Of a stretch of DNA of 32,000 nt, positions 9,437 to 18,267 are shown piece after piece. Source of the stretch: Candidatus Saccharimonadota bacterium (lineage in GTDB: Bacteria; Bacteroidota; Bacteroidia; Flavobacteriales; Blattabacteriaceae); assembly GCA_029851085.1 (NCBI GenBank), contig CP100318.1:120001-152000 (forward strand). The letters run 5' to 3'. A program made the translations under genes and the position numbers. The notes under the pieces are model-generated. The model searched no databases. It was not told the DNA's origin and saw only the letters and a program-made list of their open reading frames with translations. Position 1 is the stretch's first letter; each line of letters starts with the position of its first letter.

Positions 9437-10317
9437 TATATCTCTTTAAGAATACAATAAATATTATCATGTTTTCCCATAGTATAATAATGAATAATTT
9501 TAACACCATTATTTATTAATTCTTTAGATTGTTTAATTGCCCATTCAATACCAACTTTATAAACTGATTGTTCATTTTTAGATTTTTTTATTTCTTGTAT
9601 TAATTCTTCAGGAATTTTAATATAAAAATTGGATGGTAAAGTATTCAATTGGTATTTTGATGATATAGGTTTTATCCCTGGAATAATGGGAACTTTAATT
9701 CCTACTTTTCTACATTTTTCAACAAAATGAAAATATTTTTTATTGTCAAAAAACATCTGAGTAATAATATAGTTCGCTCCTGCTTTAACTTTTTCTTTTA
9801 AATATAAAATATCTGTTTCTATATTAGGTGATTCAAAATGTTTTTCTGGATAACCAGCTACACCAATACAGAAATTAGATGATTGTCCACCTTCAATATA
9901 TATATATTTACCTTTATTTAAATAATTTATTTGTTTAACTAAATTTATTGCATGATTATATTTAGTTGAATCTCCTCTTAAAGCCAAAATATTATCAATT
10001 CCTAAAAAATATAAATCAATTAATAAATCTTCAATAATTTCTTTACTAAAATTAGCACAAAGTAAATGAGGGACAGTATCTATATTATATTTATTCATAA
10101 TTGCTGCACATATCCCTATAGTTCCTGGTCTACGAGACATATTCAATTCTTCTTTCTCATTTTTATGATAAGTAACATTAATAAATGCTGGATTAAATTC
10201 TTTTAAAATATTAAGCATATTAAAAATACTATCCATACTTTTTCCTCTTAATGGAGGTAAAATTTCAAAAGAAACTAATGTTTTATTTGCATTAGCAATA
10301 TGTTCAATAATTTTCAT
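9433..10317 (-). CDS. metF: 5,10-methylenetetrahydrofolate reductase
   Basis: 294 aa. It has VSFEILPP, FINVTYH and the TIM-barrel MetF pattern through QMFFD. Its 3' end overlaps the fabD 3' end by 4 bp (convergent). Confidence 0.88.
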   Translation of the reverse strand: MKIIEHIANANKTLVSFEILPPLRGKSMDSIFNMLNILKEFNPAFINVTYHKNEKEELNMSRRPGTIGICAAIMNKYNIDTVPHLLCANFSKEIIEDLLIDLYFLGIDNILALRGDSTKYNHAINLVKQINYLNKGKYIYIEGGQSSNFCIGVAGYPEKHFESPNIETDILYLKEKVKAGANYIITQMFFDNKKYFHFVEKCRKVGIKVPIIPGIKPISSKYQLNTLPSNFYIKIPEELIQEIKKSKNEQSVYKVGIEWAIKQSKELINNGVKIIHYYTMGKHDNIYCILKEIY

Positions 10318-10319
10318 AT

Positions 10320-11591
10320 TTAATTTAAAATTTTAATTTGATTAAATCCAGTATAAGGAATTAGAACATCAGGAATTTTTATATATTTAATCATTTGATT
10401 ATTTTCTAATAATGCTGCTAAAATACGTGGTAAAGCCAAAGCACTACCATTTAAAGTATGACATAATTTTATATTATTATCTTTTGTACGATAACGTAAC
10501 TTTAATCTATAACTTTGAAAAGTACTACAATTAGATACTGAACTAACTTCTAACCATTTTTTTTGACCTGCAGCATAAACTTCAAAATCATATGTTATTT
10601 CTGCAGTAAAACCCATTTGTCCACCACATAATCGTAGTATTCTAAAAGGTAATTTTAACATTTTTAATATATTTTTAATATGCAAAACCATCTCATCTAA
10701 AGCAGCATAAGAATTTTCATATGTAGTAATTTGAATTATTTCAACTTTTTCAAATTGATGAACACGATTTAATCCTTTAACATTAGAACCATAAGAACCG
10801 GCTTCACGTCTAAAACAAGAAGTATGAGTAGTAGCTTTAATAGGAAGTTCATTATATAATAATAATTTATTTCTATAACAATTCAATAATGGTACTTCTC
10901 CAGTAGGAATTAAATATAAATTATCTCCTTTAATTTGATACATTTGATTTTCTTTATCTGGAAGTTGTCCAGTTGAATAAACTGAAATATTATTAACAAT
11001 ATATGGTAAACAATATTCAAAATAACCTGATTGAATATTTTTATCTAAAAAAAATTGAATTAAACTACGTTGTAATTTTGCACATAAACCAATATAAACT
11101 GGAAAACCAGTATTAGTAATTTTATTACTTAATTCAAAGTCTAATAATTCAAATTTTTTAGATAATTCCCAATGTGGAAGCATTATATCTTCATATTTAA
11201 AATCTATTTCTTGATAAATAATTTCATTATCACTTGATTCGTGACCTTTTTTTACAGATTCATTAGGAATATTAGGTATTTGAATCAGTTTATCTATTAA
11301 TAAATTAGTAATATCATTAAGTTTATTTTTAATTTGTTTTATTTTATGTTTAATAACAACAGATTTATTATATAATAAATTAATATCTTTTTTTTTGTTA
11401 AGTAATTTTCCTATTTCTTTTGAAAAACTATTAGATTGTTTTAATAAATTATTTAACTGTATTTGTGTTTCTATCTTTTGTTTATCTAAACATAAAATTT
11501 CATTAATTAAATTTTTTTTTATAAAATTGCGTTTATAAAGTCCTGATAAAACTTTTTGTTTATTATTCCTAATAAAGGATACCGGCAACAT
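10320..11591 (-). CDS. serS: Serine--tRNA ligase
   Basis: 423 aa. It has the N-terminal coiled-coil arm and the class II core motifs (FRREAGSYG, GSALALPR). Confidence 0.93.
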   Translation of the reverse strand: MLPVSFIRNNKQKVLSGLYKRNFIKKNLINEILCLDKQKIETQIQLNNLLKQSNSFSKEIGKLLNKKKDINLLYNKSVVIKHKIKQIKNKLNDITNLLIDKLIQIPNIPNESVKKGHESSDNEIIYQEIDFKYEDIMLPHWELSKKFELLDFELSNKITNTGFPVYIGLCAKLQRSLIQFFLDKNIQSGYFEYCLPYIVNNISVYSTGQLPDKENQMYQIKGDNLYLIPTGEVPLLNCYRNKLLLYNELPIKATTHTSCFRREAGSYGSNVKGLNRVHQFEKVEIIQITTYENSYAALDEMVLHIKNILKMLKLPFRILRLCGGQMGFTAEITYDFEVYAAGQKKWLEVSSVSNCSTFQSYRLKLRYRTKDNNIKLCHTLNGSALALPRILAALLENNQMIKYIKIPDVLIPYTGFNQIKILN

Positions 11592-11657
11592 ATTTTAACT
11601 AATTATTACCTATAATAATAATAATTATATTTATAATAATTTAAATAATTAATTAAA

Positions 11658-11879
11658 ATGTCAAAAATATGTTTTATAACAGGAAAAAAACCACTAAGAG
11701 GTAATAAAATTTCTCACGCTAATAATAAAAGTAAACGTATTTTTTCTATCAATTTAAGCAAAAAAAAATTTTTTTTCAAAAAAAAATTGTTAAAAATCAA
11801 GGTGTCAGCAGCAGGTTTAAAATTAATAGATAAATTAGGTCTTGAAAAAGCATTAAAAAAAAAAAAAAATAAAAAATAA
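11658..11879 (+). CDS. rpmB: 50S ribosomal protein L28
   Basis: [29 protein letters not shown] is a typical bL28 N-terminus. The lysine-rich tail is encoded by a 15-nt A run. Confidence 0.92.
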   Translation: MSKICFITGKKPLRGNKISHANNKSKRIFSINLSKKKFFFKKKLLKIKVSAAGLKLIDKLGLEKALKKKKNKK

Positions 11880-11887
11880 AAAATAAT

Positions 11888-12070
11888 ATGGCAAAGAAAG
11901 GAAACAGAATACAAGTAATACTTGAATGTACTGAACATAAAAAACATTGTTGTTATGGAATATCTCGTTATATTACAACAAAAAATAAAAAAAATACACC
12001 TAATAGATTAGAATTAAAAAAATATAATCCCATTTTAAAAAAAACAACTATACATAAAGAAATTAAATAA
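11888..12070 (+). CDS. rpmG: 50S ribosomal protein L33
   Basis: The 60-aa sequence [17 protein letters not shown]...[22 protein letters not shown] is the bL33 pattern. Confidence 0.92.
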   Translation: MAKKGNRIQVILECTEHKKHCCYGISRYITTKNKKNTPNRLELKKYNPILKKTTIHKEIK

Positions 12071-12078
12071 TAAATATT

Positions 12079-12222
12079 ATGTCAATTACAAAAAATAAAA
12101 ATGAAATAAAAAATAAAAAAATGGTAAAAACTATACGTATGGTAAAATCTACTAAATCTGGATCTTATAAATTTATTGAAAAAATAATTTCTATTGAAAA
12201 TTTAGATAATTTTTTTGTTTAA
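12079..12222 (+). CDS. DUF4295-family small basic protein (47 aa; not in the ORF track)
   Basis: Hand translation: MSITKNKNEIKNKKMVKTIRMVKSTKSGSYKFIEKIISIENLDNFFV*. The core (K..RMVKS.K.G.Y.F.E) and the position between rpmG and ftsY match the conserved Bacteroidota rpmB-rpmG-DUF4295-ftsY arrangement. Confidence 0.75.
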   Translation: MSITKNKNEIKNKKMVKTIRMVKSTKSGSYKFIEKIISIENLDNFFV

Positions 12223-12232
12223 AACATTTTTT

Positions 12233-13153
12233 ATGATTAAAAACATAATTTTTGGTTGGTTAAATTGGTTAAAAAATTTATCCTTTTTATCTAAAAAAAT
12301 TTTCATTAAAAATGAAAAACATAAAATAGATAAAATTCTTGAAGAAATATTAATATCATCTGATATAGGTAGTATAACTACTTTAAAAATTATTGATAAT
12401 ATTAAAAATAAATTTAATAAAAAATTAATAACTGTTAAAGAATTTAATATTCTTCTTAAAGAAGAACTTTTAACATTATTACATGAACCTACAAATGTAA
12501 ATTTAACAGAATCAATTAAATTACAAAATCCTTATATTATTATGATTGTAGGAGTAAATGGAGTAGGAAAAACTACAACAGTAGGAAAATTAGCATATTT
12601 ATTTAAAAAACAAGGATTAAATGTTTTAATAAGTGCAGCAGATACATTTAGAGCTGCTGCTGAGGATCAATTAAATTTTTTTGCTAAAAAAACTGATTCT
12701 TTTATTTATTATAAATATAATTGTGATCCTTCTTCCATAGTGTATGAAACTATACAATTAGCTAAAAAAAAAAATATAGATGTAGTAATAATAGATACTG
12801 CTGGAAGATTACACAATAGAAAAAATTTAATGAATGAACTTTCAAAAATTAAACGTACTATACAAAAACTTATACCTTCAGGACCGAATGAAACTCTACT
12901 TGTTTTAGATGGATCTACAGGCCAAAATTCATTTGAACAAATTAAACAATTTCTATCATATATAGATCTATCATCATTAATTGTTACTAAATTAGATGGC
13001 ACATCAAAAGGTGGAATAATTATTAGTATATCAGATCAATTCAAAATTCCTGTAAATTATATTGGAATAGGTGAAGATATTAAAGATTTAATCATATTTG
13101 ATAAATATGAATTTGTAAATTCATTTATAAAAAAAAATAATATTTTTTATTAA
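12233..13153 (+). CDS. ftsY: Signal recognition particle receptor FtsY
   Basis: SRP GTPase motifs GVNGVGKTTT, DTAGR and TKLDG. The start is taken at ATG 12233. The tracked start at 12215 is a TTG that would overlap the DUF4295 ORF. Confidence 0.92.
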   Translation: MIKNIIFGWLNWLKNLSFLSKKIFIKNEKHKIDKILEEILISSDIGSITTLKIIDNIKNKFNKKLITVKEFNILLKEELLTLLHEPTNVNLTESIKLQNPYIIMIVGVNGVGKTTTVGKLAYLFKKQGLNVLISAADTFRAAAEDQLNFFAKKTDSFIYYKYNCDPSSIVYETIQLAKKKNIDVVIIDTAGRLHNRKNLMNELSKIKRTIQKLIPSGPNETLLVLDGSTGQNSFEQIKQFLSYIDLSSLIVTKLDGTSKGGIIISISDQFKIPVNYIGIGEDIKDLIIFDKYEFVNSFIKKNNIFY

Positions 13154-13179
13154 AAATATAATATAAAACTATTAGTTTA

Positions 13180-13807
13180 GGATGTTATAAAAATATTTAT
13201 GATTCTGAAATATTAATGGTAGAATTAATATCTAGAAATAAATTATTAGTTTCTAATACTATAAATTAGTAATAATTAATACTTGTGGATTTACATAAAA
13301 TGCTAAAGAAGAATCAATAAATACTATATTAAAATTTGTATAAAAAAGGTATTATAGATAAATTGGTAGGATGTCTTTCAGAAAGATATAAATGTGAATT
13401 AGAAAAAGAAATTACATAAGTTGATAAATATTTTGTAACAAATAATTTACAAAATAAGAACAACATTAATTGTTGGATATCCTCAAGAAACTGAATAAAA
13501 TTTTCAAGAATTAAAAAACTTTGTGAAAGAAACACGTGTTGATCGTATTGTATGTTTTACTTATTCTAATGAAGATGGAACAAATGCTTTTAAAAAATTA
13601 AAAGATAATATTCCTAAACAAGTAAAAGAAGAAATAATGGAAATTAAAAGAAAAATTAATTTTGAATTAAATCAAAAAAAAATAGTAAAAATTATATTAT
13701 GTCTTTTTGATCGTAAAGAAGATAATTACTTTATTGGACGAACATCATATGATTCTAAAGATATAGATTATGATTTATGGTGTCATATAAATAATATTAA
13801 TTTTTAA
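13180..13807 (+). pseudogene. rimO: Eroded relic of rimO (ribosomal protein S12 methylthiotransferase, radical SAM MTTase family)
   Basis: Frame-2 translation of 13457-13807 gives RTTLIVGYPQETE*NFQELKNFVKETRVDRIVCFTYSNEDGTNAF...IPKQVKEE...ELNQKKI...NYFIGRTSYDSKDIDYDLW, which matches the RimO C-terminal third. There are in-frame stops at 13355, 13367, 13400, 13436 and 13496. The N-terminal MTTase domain and the CxxxCxxC cluster are missing. About 0.63 kb remains of a gene that is normally about 1.3 kb. Confidence 0.8.
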
Positions 13808-13811
13808 TTTT

Positions 13812-15596
13812 ATGGAGTACATTCGTAATTTTTGCATTATTGCTCATATAGATCATGGTAAAAGTACTTTAGCTGATCGTTTATTAGAATATACCAACAC
13901 TGTTATGGATAAAGATAAAAGAAATCAAATGTTAGATGATATGCCTTTAGAACGTGATAGAGGAATTACAATAAAAAGTAAGGCCATACAAATGAAACAT
14001 AAATATAAAGAAAAAACTTATATATTAAATTTAATTGATACACCTGGACATGTAGATTTTTCATATGAAGTATCACGTTCTATTTATGCTTGTGAAGGTG
14101 CTCTTCTTGTAGTAGATGCTACTAAAGGAATGCAAGCACAAACTATTTCTAATCTATATTTAGCATTAGAAAATAAATTAACAATTATTCCTATAATAAA
14201 TAAAATAGATTTACCTAATATAAATCTTGATAAAGTTACTAATGATATTATCAATATAATAGGATGTAATTATACTGATATAATTTATGCTAGTGCTAAA
14301 AAAGGATATGGAATTAAAAATATTATTGAAAATATTATTCAACGTATTCCTCATCCTTCTGGAGATCCTAATGCTCCTTTGCAAGCATTAATATTTGATT
14401 CAATCTATAATCCTTTTAGAGGAATAGAAGTTTTCTTTATAGTTAAAAATGGTGTTATTTGCAAAGGACAAAAACTTAAATTTATTGCAACAAACAAAAC
14501 ACTATATGCTTATGAAATTGGTAATTTCAAATTAAATTATTTGCCTAAAGAAATTATACATACGGGAGATATAGGTTATGTAATAACTGGTATAAAAAAT
14601 ACTAATGAAGTAAAAGTAGGTGATACATTAACTACAGTTGAAAATCCTTCATTATACTCTATAAAAGGATTTAAAGAAGTAAAATCTATGGTATTTGCTG
14701 GTATTTATCCTGAAAATGCTAATGAATATGAAGAACTTCGTTTATCAATAGAAAAATTACGTTTAAATGATGCTTCTATTACTTTGACACCTGAACATTC
14801 AATAGCATTAGGAATGGGTTTTAGATGTGGATTTTTAGGAATGTTTCATCTTGAAATTATACAAGAACGTCTTAAACGTGAATATGGTATTACAGTTATA
14901 ACTACTGTACCTAATGTTTCATATAAAGTTTTTTTTAAAAAAAAGAACTATCTATTAAATAGTCCTTCAGATTTAATTAAATTTCCTAATTGGGAAAAAA
15001 TAGAAGAACCTTATATAAAAGCTTCAATTATAACTCTTACAGATTATATAGGAAAAATTATATCTTTATGTATAGAAAAACGTGGACATCTTAAAAAACA
15101 ACATTATATAACTAATCAAAAAGTAGAATTGATTTTTGAAATGCCACTATCTGAAGTAATTTTTGATTTTTATGATAAATTAAAAACTATATCTAAAGGG
15201 TATGCTTCATTTGATTATACTTATTTAGAATATAAAATTTCTGATTTAGTTAAAATTGATATTTTAATAAATTATCAAAATATTGATGCTCTTTCAGCTT
15301 TAGTACATAAAAATAATGCTTTTAAATTGGGAAAAAAAATTTGTGAAAAATTACATAATTTAATTCCTAGACAACAATTTGACATTCCTATTCAAGCAGC
15401 TATTGGTAATAAAATTATTTCTAGAGAAACTATAAAAGCTATTCGAAAAGATGTAACATCTAAATGTTATGGAGGTGATATTTCTAGAAAACGTAAATTA
15501 CTAGAAAAACAAAAAAAAGGAAAAAAAAAGATGCGCAAAATAGGACAAGTAAAAATTCCAAAATATACTTTTATGGAAGTATTTAAATTTAAATAA
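13812..15596 (+). CDS. lepA: Elongation factor 4 (LepA)
   Basis: 594 aa. It has [30 protein letters not shown] and NKID, plus the LepA-specific C-terminal domain. Confidence 0.95.
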   Translation: MEYIRNFCIIAHIDHGKSTLADRLLEYTNTVMDKDKRNQMLDDMPLERDRGITIKSKAIQMKHKYKEKTYILNLIDTPGHVDFSYEVSRSIYACEGALLVVDATKGMQAQTISNLYLALENKLTIIPIINKIDLPNINLDKVTNDIINIIGCNYTDIIYASAKKGYGIKNIIENIIQRIPHPSGDPNAPLQALIFDSIYNPFRGIEVFFIVKNGVICKGQKLKFIATNKTLYAYEIGNFKLNYLPKEIIHTGDIGYVITGIKNTNEVKVGDTLTTVENPSLYSIKGFKEVKSMVFAGIYPENANEYEELRLSIEKLRLNDASITLTPEHSIALGMGFRCGFLGMFHLEIIQERLKREYGITVITTVPNVSYKVFFKKKNYLLNSPSDLIKFPNWEKIEEPYIKASIITLTDYIGKIISLCIEKRGHLKKQHYITNQKVELIFEMPLSEVIFDFYDKLKTISKGYASFDYTYLEYKISDLVKIDILINYQNIDALSALVHKNNAFKLGKKICEKLHNLIPRQQFDIPIQAAIGNKIISRETIKAIRKDVTSKCYGGDISRKRKLLEKQKKGKKKMRKIGQVKIPKYTFMEVFKFK

Positions 15597-15602
15597 CATT
15601 TT

Positions 15603-17510
15603 TTATTTAAATAATTTTAATGCGTTATCTAATGTTATTGTATAAATATTTTTATTTTTTGGCAATGAAGCAAATTTAGGTTTTTCATTATCCATATAAT
15701 CTCCAATTTGTACGAATGATCCCCAACGTCCTAGTTTAACACTGACTTTTTTACCTTTAGGATCTAAACCTAAAAAACGTGTTAATTTTATGTTATCAAC
15801 ATTCTGTTTAACATATTTTACTTTTATATAAAAATTCTCATAAAAATCTTTAATAAGATCAATTTGAGATTGATTACCTTTTGCTATATTATCAAATTTA
15901 TTTTCTATTTTTGCTGTAAATTTATAATCTAATATTTGTTCGAAATGTTTTTTTAAAAAATCAATTACTATAATTCCTATATCTGTAGGAACTAAATAAA
16001 ATTTAGTAGTTTTTTTATTAAAATGCTTTTTTTTATAAAAAATTTTTCCTTTATAAAGAACTATAGTTTCATTTAATTTTACATTATTATTATCATTCTT
16101 AATAAGATTAACATATTTTCTTTTTTGAATTATTGATATAATATATGCATATGTTGATGGTCTACCTATACCTAATTTTTCCATAGTATTAACTAAGGTA
16201 GCTTCATTATATCTAGGTGGATGTTCAGTAAATTGTTGTAATGCTGATAATTTAATATAATTTAATATTTCTCCTTTATTTAAAATAAATTTTTTTTTTT
16301 CAAAATTTTCATTAAATACTTTTAAAAAACCATCAAAAATAATCCTTTCATTTTGAATTACAAATTTATATTTAGTAGGTGTGCTAATATAAATATTAGT
16401 TTTTTCTAATTCAACATCAGACATTTGCCAAGATACAGTACGTTTCCATATTAATTCATAAAGATGTAAAATATATTTATTATTTGTAGATAAAGTTCTT
16501 TTAGTTATTATTGTAGGTCTTATTGCTTCATGTGCTTCTTGTGCATATATATTATTATTATATTTTCTCTTAAAAAAATAATTATTTCCATAATTTGAAA
16601 TAATAAAAGATTGCAAATCAATCATTGCATCTTCAGAAATATGAGTACTATCTGTGCGTATATAAGTTATATAACCTGTTTCATATAATATTTGTGCTAT
16701 ATTCATAGTTAATGAAACTGAATATCCAAGTTTCTTTGATGCTTCTTGTTGTAAAGTAGAAGTTGTAAATGGTGGAGGTGGACTTTTTTTTGTTAAAAAA
16801 GTTTCTATATTAGAAACAACAAAATTATAATTAATACAAGAATTAAAAAATAATTTTATATCTTCTTTACTATTTATTTTTTTATTTAATTTTGCTTTTA
16901 CTATTTTTCCATCTTTAGTAAGAAAAGAACCAAATATTATATAATATGTAGTTTGTGAAAAATTATTAATAACTTTTTCACGTTCAACTATTAAACGTAA
17001 AGCTACTGATTGAACACGTCCAGCAGACAATCCATTTTTTATTTTATACCAAAGTATAGGTGATAAATTAAATCCTACTAAACGATCTAATATTCTTCTA
17101 GCTTGTTGAGCATTAACTAAATTTAAATTAATTGATCTAGGATTATTAATAGCATATATTATAGATTTTTTTGTAATCTCATTAAAAACAATACGTTTCA
17201 TTTTTTCCTCTTTAATTTCTAATGTTTTATACAAATTCCAAGAAATAGCTTCACCTTCACGATCGTCGTCAGTAGCTAACCATATCATATTAGCAATTTT
17301 AACCATATTTTTTAATTTAATTACTATTTCTAAATTAGAAATTTCATATTTAGGTTTAAAATTATTTTCTATATCGATACCTAATTTTTTTTTAGGTAAA
17401 TCTACAATATGACCAAAACTGGATACTACTAAAAAATCCTTTCCTAAATATTTTTGAATTGTTTTAGCTTTAATAGGAGATTCAACTATTACCAAATTGT
17501 TTATTACCAT
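15603..17510 (-). CDS. topA: DNA topoisomerase I (short form, 635 aa)
   Basis: The start is taken at MVINNLVIVESPIKAKTI (ATG complement at 17508-17510). It has a TOPRIM domain (ATDDDREGE) and the active-site motif GYITYIRTDS. The C-terminus has a single Cys-free repeat (GRWGSFVQIGD...KPKFASLPK) and no zinc ribbons. The 24 extra codons in the ORF track run into the tmRNA gene. Confidence 0.92.
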   Translation of the reverse strand: MVINNLVIVESPIKAKTIQKYLGKDFLVVSSFGHIVDLPKKKLGIDIENNFKPKYEISNLEIVIKLKNMVKIANMIWLATDDDREGEAISWNLYKTLEIKEEKMKRIVFNEITKKSIIYAINNPRSINLNLVNAQQARRILDRLVGFNLSPILWYKIKNGLSAGRVQSVALRLIVEREKVINNFSQTTYYIIFGSFLTKDGKIVKAKLNKKINSKEDIKLFFNSCINYNFVVSNIETFLTKKSPPPPFTTSTLQQEASKKLGYSVSLTMNIAQILYETGYITYIRTDSTHISEDAMIDLQSFIISNYGNNYFFKRKYNNNIYAQEAHEAIRPTIITKRTLSTNNKYILHLYELIWKRTVSWQMSDVELEKTNIYISTPTKYKFVIQNERIIFDGFLKVFNENFEKKKFILNKGEILNYIKLSALQQFTEHPPRYNEATLVNTMEKLGIGRPSTYAYIISIIQKRKYVNLIKNDNNNVKLNETIVLYKGKIFYKKKHFNKKTTKFYLVPTDIGIIVIDFLKKHFEQILDYKFTAKIENKFDNIAKGNQSQIDLIKDFYENFYIKVKYVKQNVDNIKLTRFLGLDPKGKKVSVKLGRWGSFVQIGDYMDNEKPKFASLPKNKNIYTITLDNALKLFK

Positions 17511-17551
17511 TCTAAAGTAAGTGTTTTTGTACAAAAATGTGGTAAATTTAG

Positions 17552-17947
17552 TGGAGCTGGCGGGATTTGAACCCGCGTCCAAACAAGTAACAAAACAAGA
17601 TTTCTACATATTTAGCTGATAAATTATTTTATGTAATTTAGTATTATCAGCATCCTAAATTACATATTAGTCTCTTATTTTGTACAAAAGTCGTTAGAGA
17701 CATTGACTTTTATACCTTACTTATTAGTATCCATGTCTCAAATGTAGTAAGGCAAACATTATGATGGATATCTCACTTTTGTATTATAACAAATAAAGCT
17801 ATGATACATTTGTATCAAGCAGCGAGAGCAAAATTGTTATTGCCATTTAATTATAATTATAAGATAAGTTTAACGTGTATATCTTATATTTAACACGATA
17901 TGCTTACTTGTAATATTTAACTTGTTGTCAAATCCAAATTCAGCCCC
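17552..17947 (-). ncRNA. ssrA: tmRNA (SsrA), about 396 nt
   Basis: On the minus strand the 5' end is GGGGCTGAATTTGGATTTGAC and the 3' end is GGACGCGGGTTCAAATCCCGCCAGCTCCA (tRNA-Ala-like acceptor and T-arm). The internal tag reading frame at 17815-17844 is GGC AAT AAC AAT TTT GCT CTC GCT GCT TGA, giving GNNNFALAA*. The terminal CCA is not fully encoded. Confidence 0.93.
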
Positions 17948-17948
17948 A

Positions 17949-17994
17949 TATATTATTAATATAATTAAAATATATTATTAATATATAATTAAAA
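17949..17994. repeat. 22/24-bp AT-only tandem repeat immediately upstream of the ssrA 5' end
   Basis: 17949-17970 is tatattattaatataattaaaa and 17971-17994 is tatattattaatatataattaaaa, identical apart from one extra 'ta'. Confidence 0.85.
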
Positions 17995-18267
17995 ATAAAA
18001 TATATAAAAGATTGCTTTTGTAAACAAAGTATTACTTAATACAATTCAATTCTTTTTTTACTTTATTTGTAATATCTGTACCAATATTAATTAATACTAC
18101 TTTTCCATGACTAGAATCATCAAAATATATAATTAAAAATAAAATATATAAAAGATTGCTTTTGTAAACAAAGTATTACTTAATACAATTCAATTCTTTT
18201 TTTACTTTATTTGTAATATCTGGACCAATATTAATTAATACTCCTTTTCCAGGACTAGAATCATCAA
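17980..18267. repeat. Tandem direct duplication, 2 x 144 bp, 141/144 identical
   Basis: Base-by-base comparison of 17980-18123 with 18124-18267 gives mismatches only at 18079/18223 (t/g), 18099/18243 (a/c) and 18108/18252 (t/g). Each unit is 52 bp of spacer plus 92 bp of skp 3' end including the stop codon. Confidence 0.95.

Noticed and set aside
12215-12232. TTG starts used by the ORF track for ftsY (12215) and frr (26119)
   Set aside because: In-frame ATGs lie a few codons downstream (12233 and 26128). They avoid overlap with the DUF4295 ORF and give N-termini of typical length. The choice remains unverified.
13523-13807. The 94-aa ORF as a functional stand-alone gene (TRAM-like fragment)
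   Set aside because: It has a GTG start only. Its homology continues upstream across an in-frame stop, the TRAM region is internally deleted, and the catalytic radical-SAM part is absent. It is best read as the tail of a rimO pseudogene.
17511-17582. N-terminal 24 codons of the tracked 659-aa topA ORF (MDAGSNPASSTKFTTFLYKNTYFR)
   Set aside because: This stretch reads through the tRNA-like 3' domain of the tmRNA gene. The conserved TopA N-terminus (MVINNLVIVESPIKAKTI) starts at the internal ATG at 17510.
18159-18173. cttttgtaaacaaag just after the skp stop as a rho-independent terminator hairpin (also present in the duplicated copy at 18015-18029)
   Set aside because: On checking, the arms pair only over 4 A/T-rich bp with a mismatch. 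That is too weak to call in sequence of this composition.
17552-18267. The repeat next to ssrA as an att site or remnant of a tmRNA-targeting genomic island or prophage
   Set aside because: Such islands integrate at the tmRNA 3' end and duplicate tmRNA sequence. Here the repeat is on the 5' side, duplicates the skp tail rather than ssrA, and no integrase or foreign gene is present.
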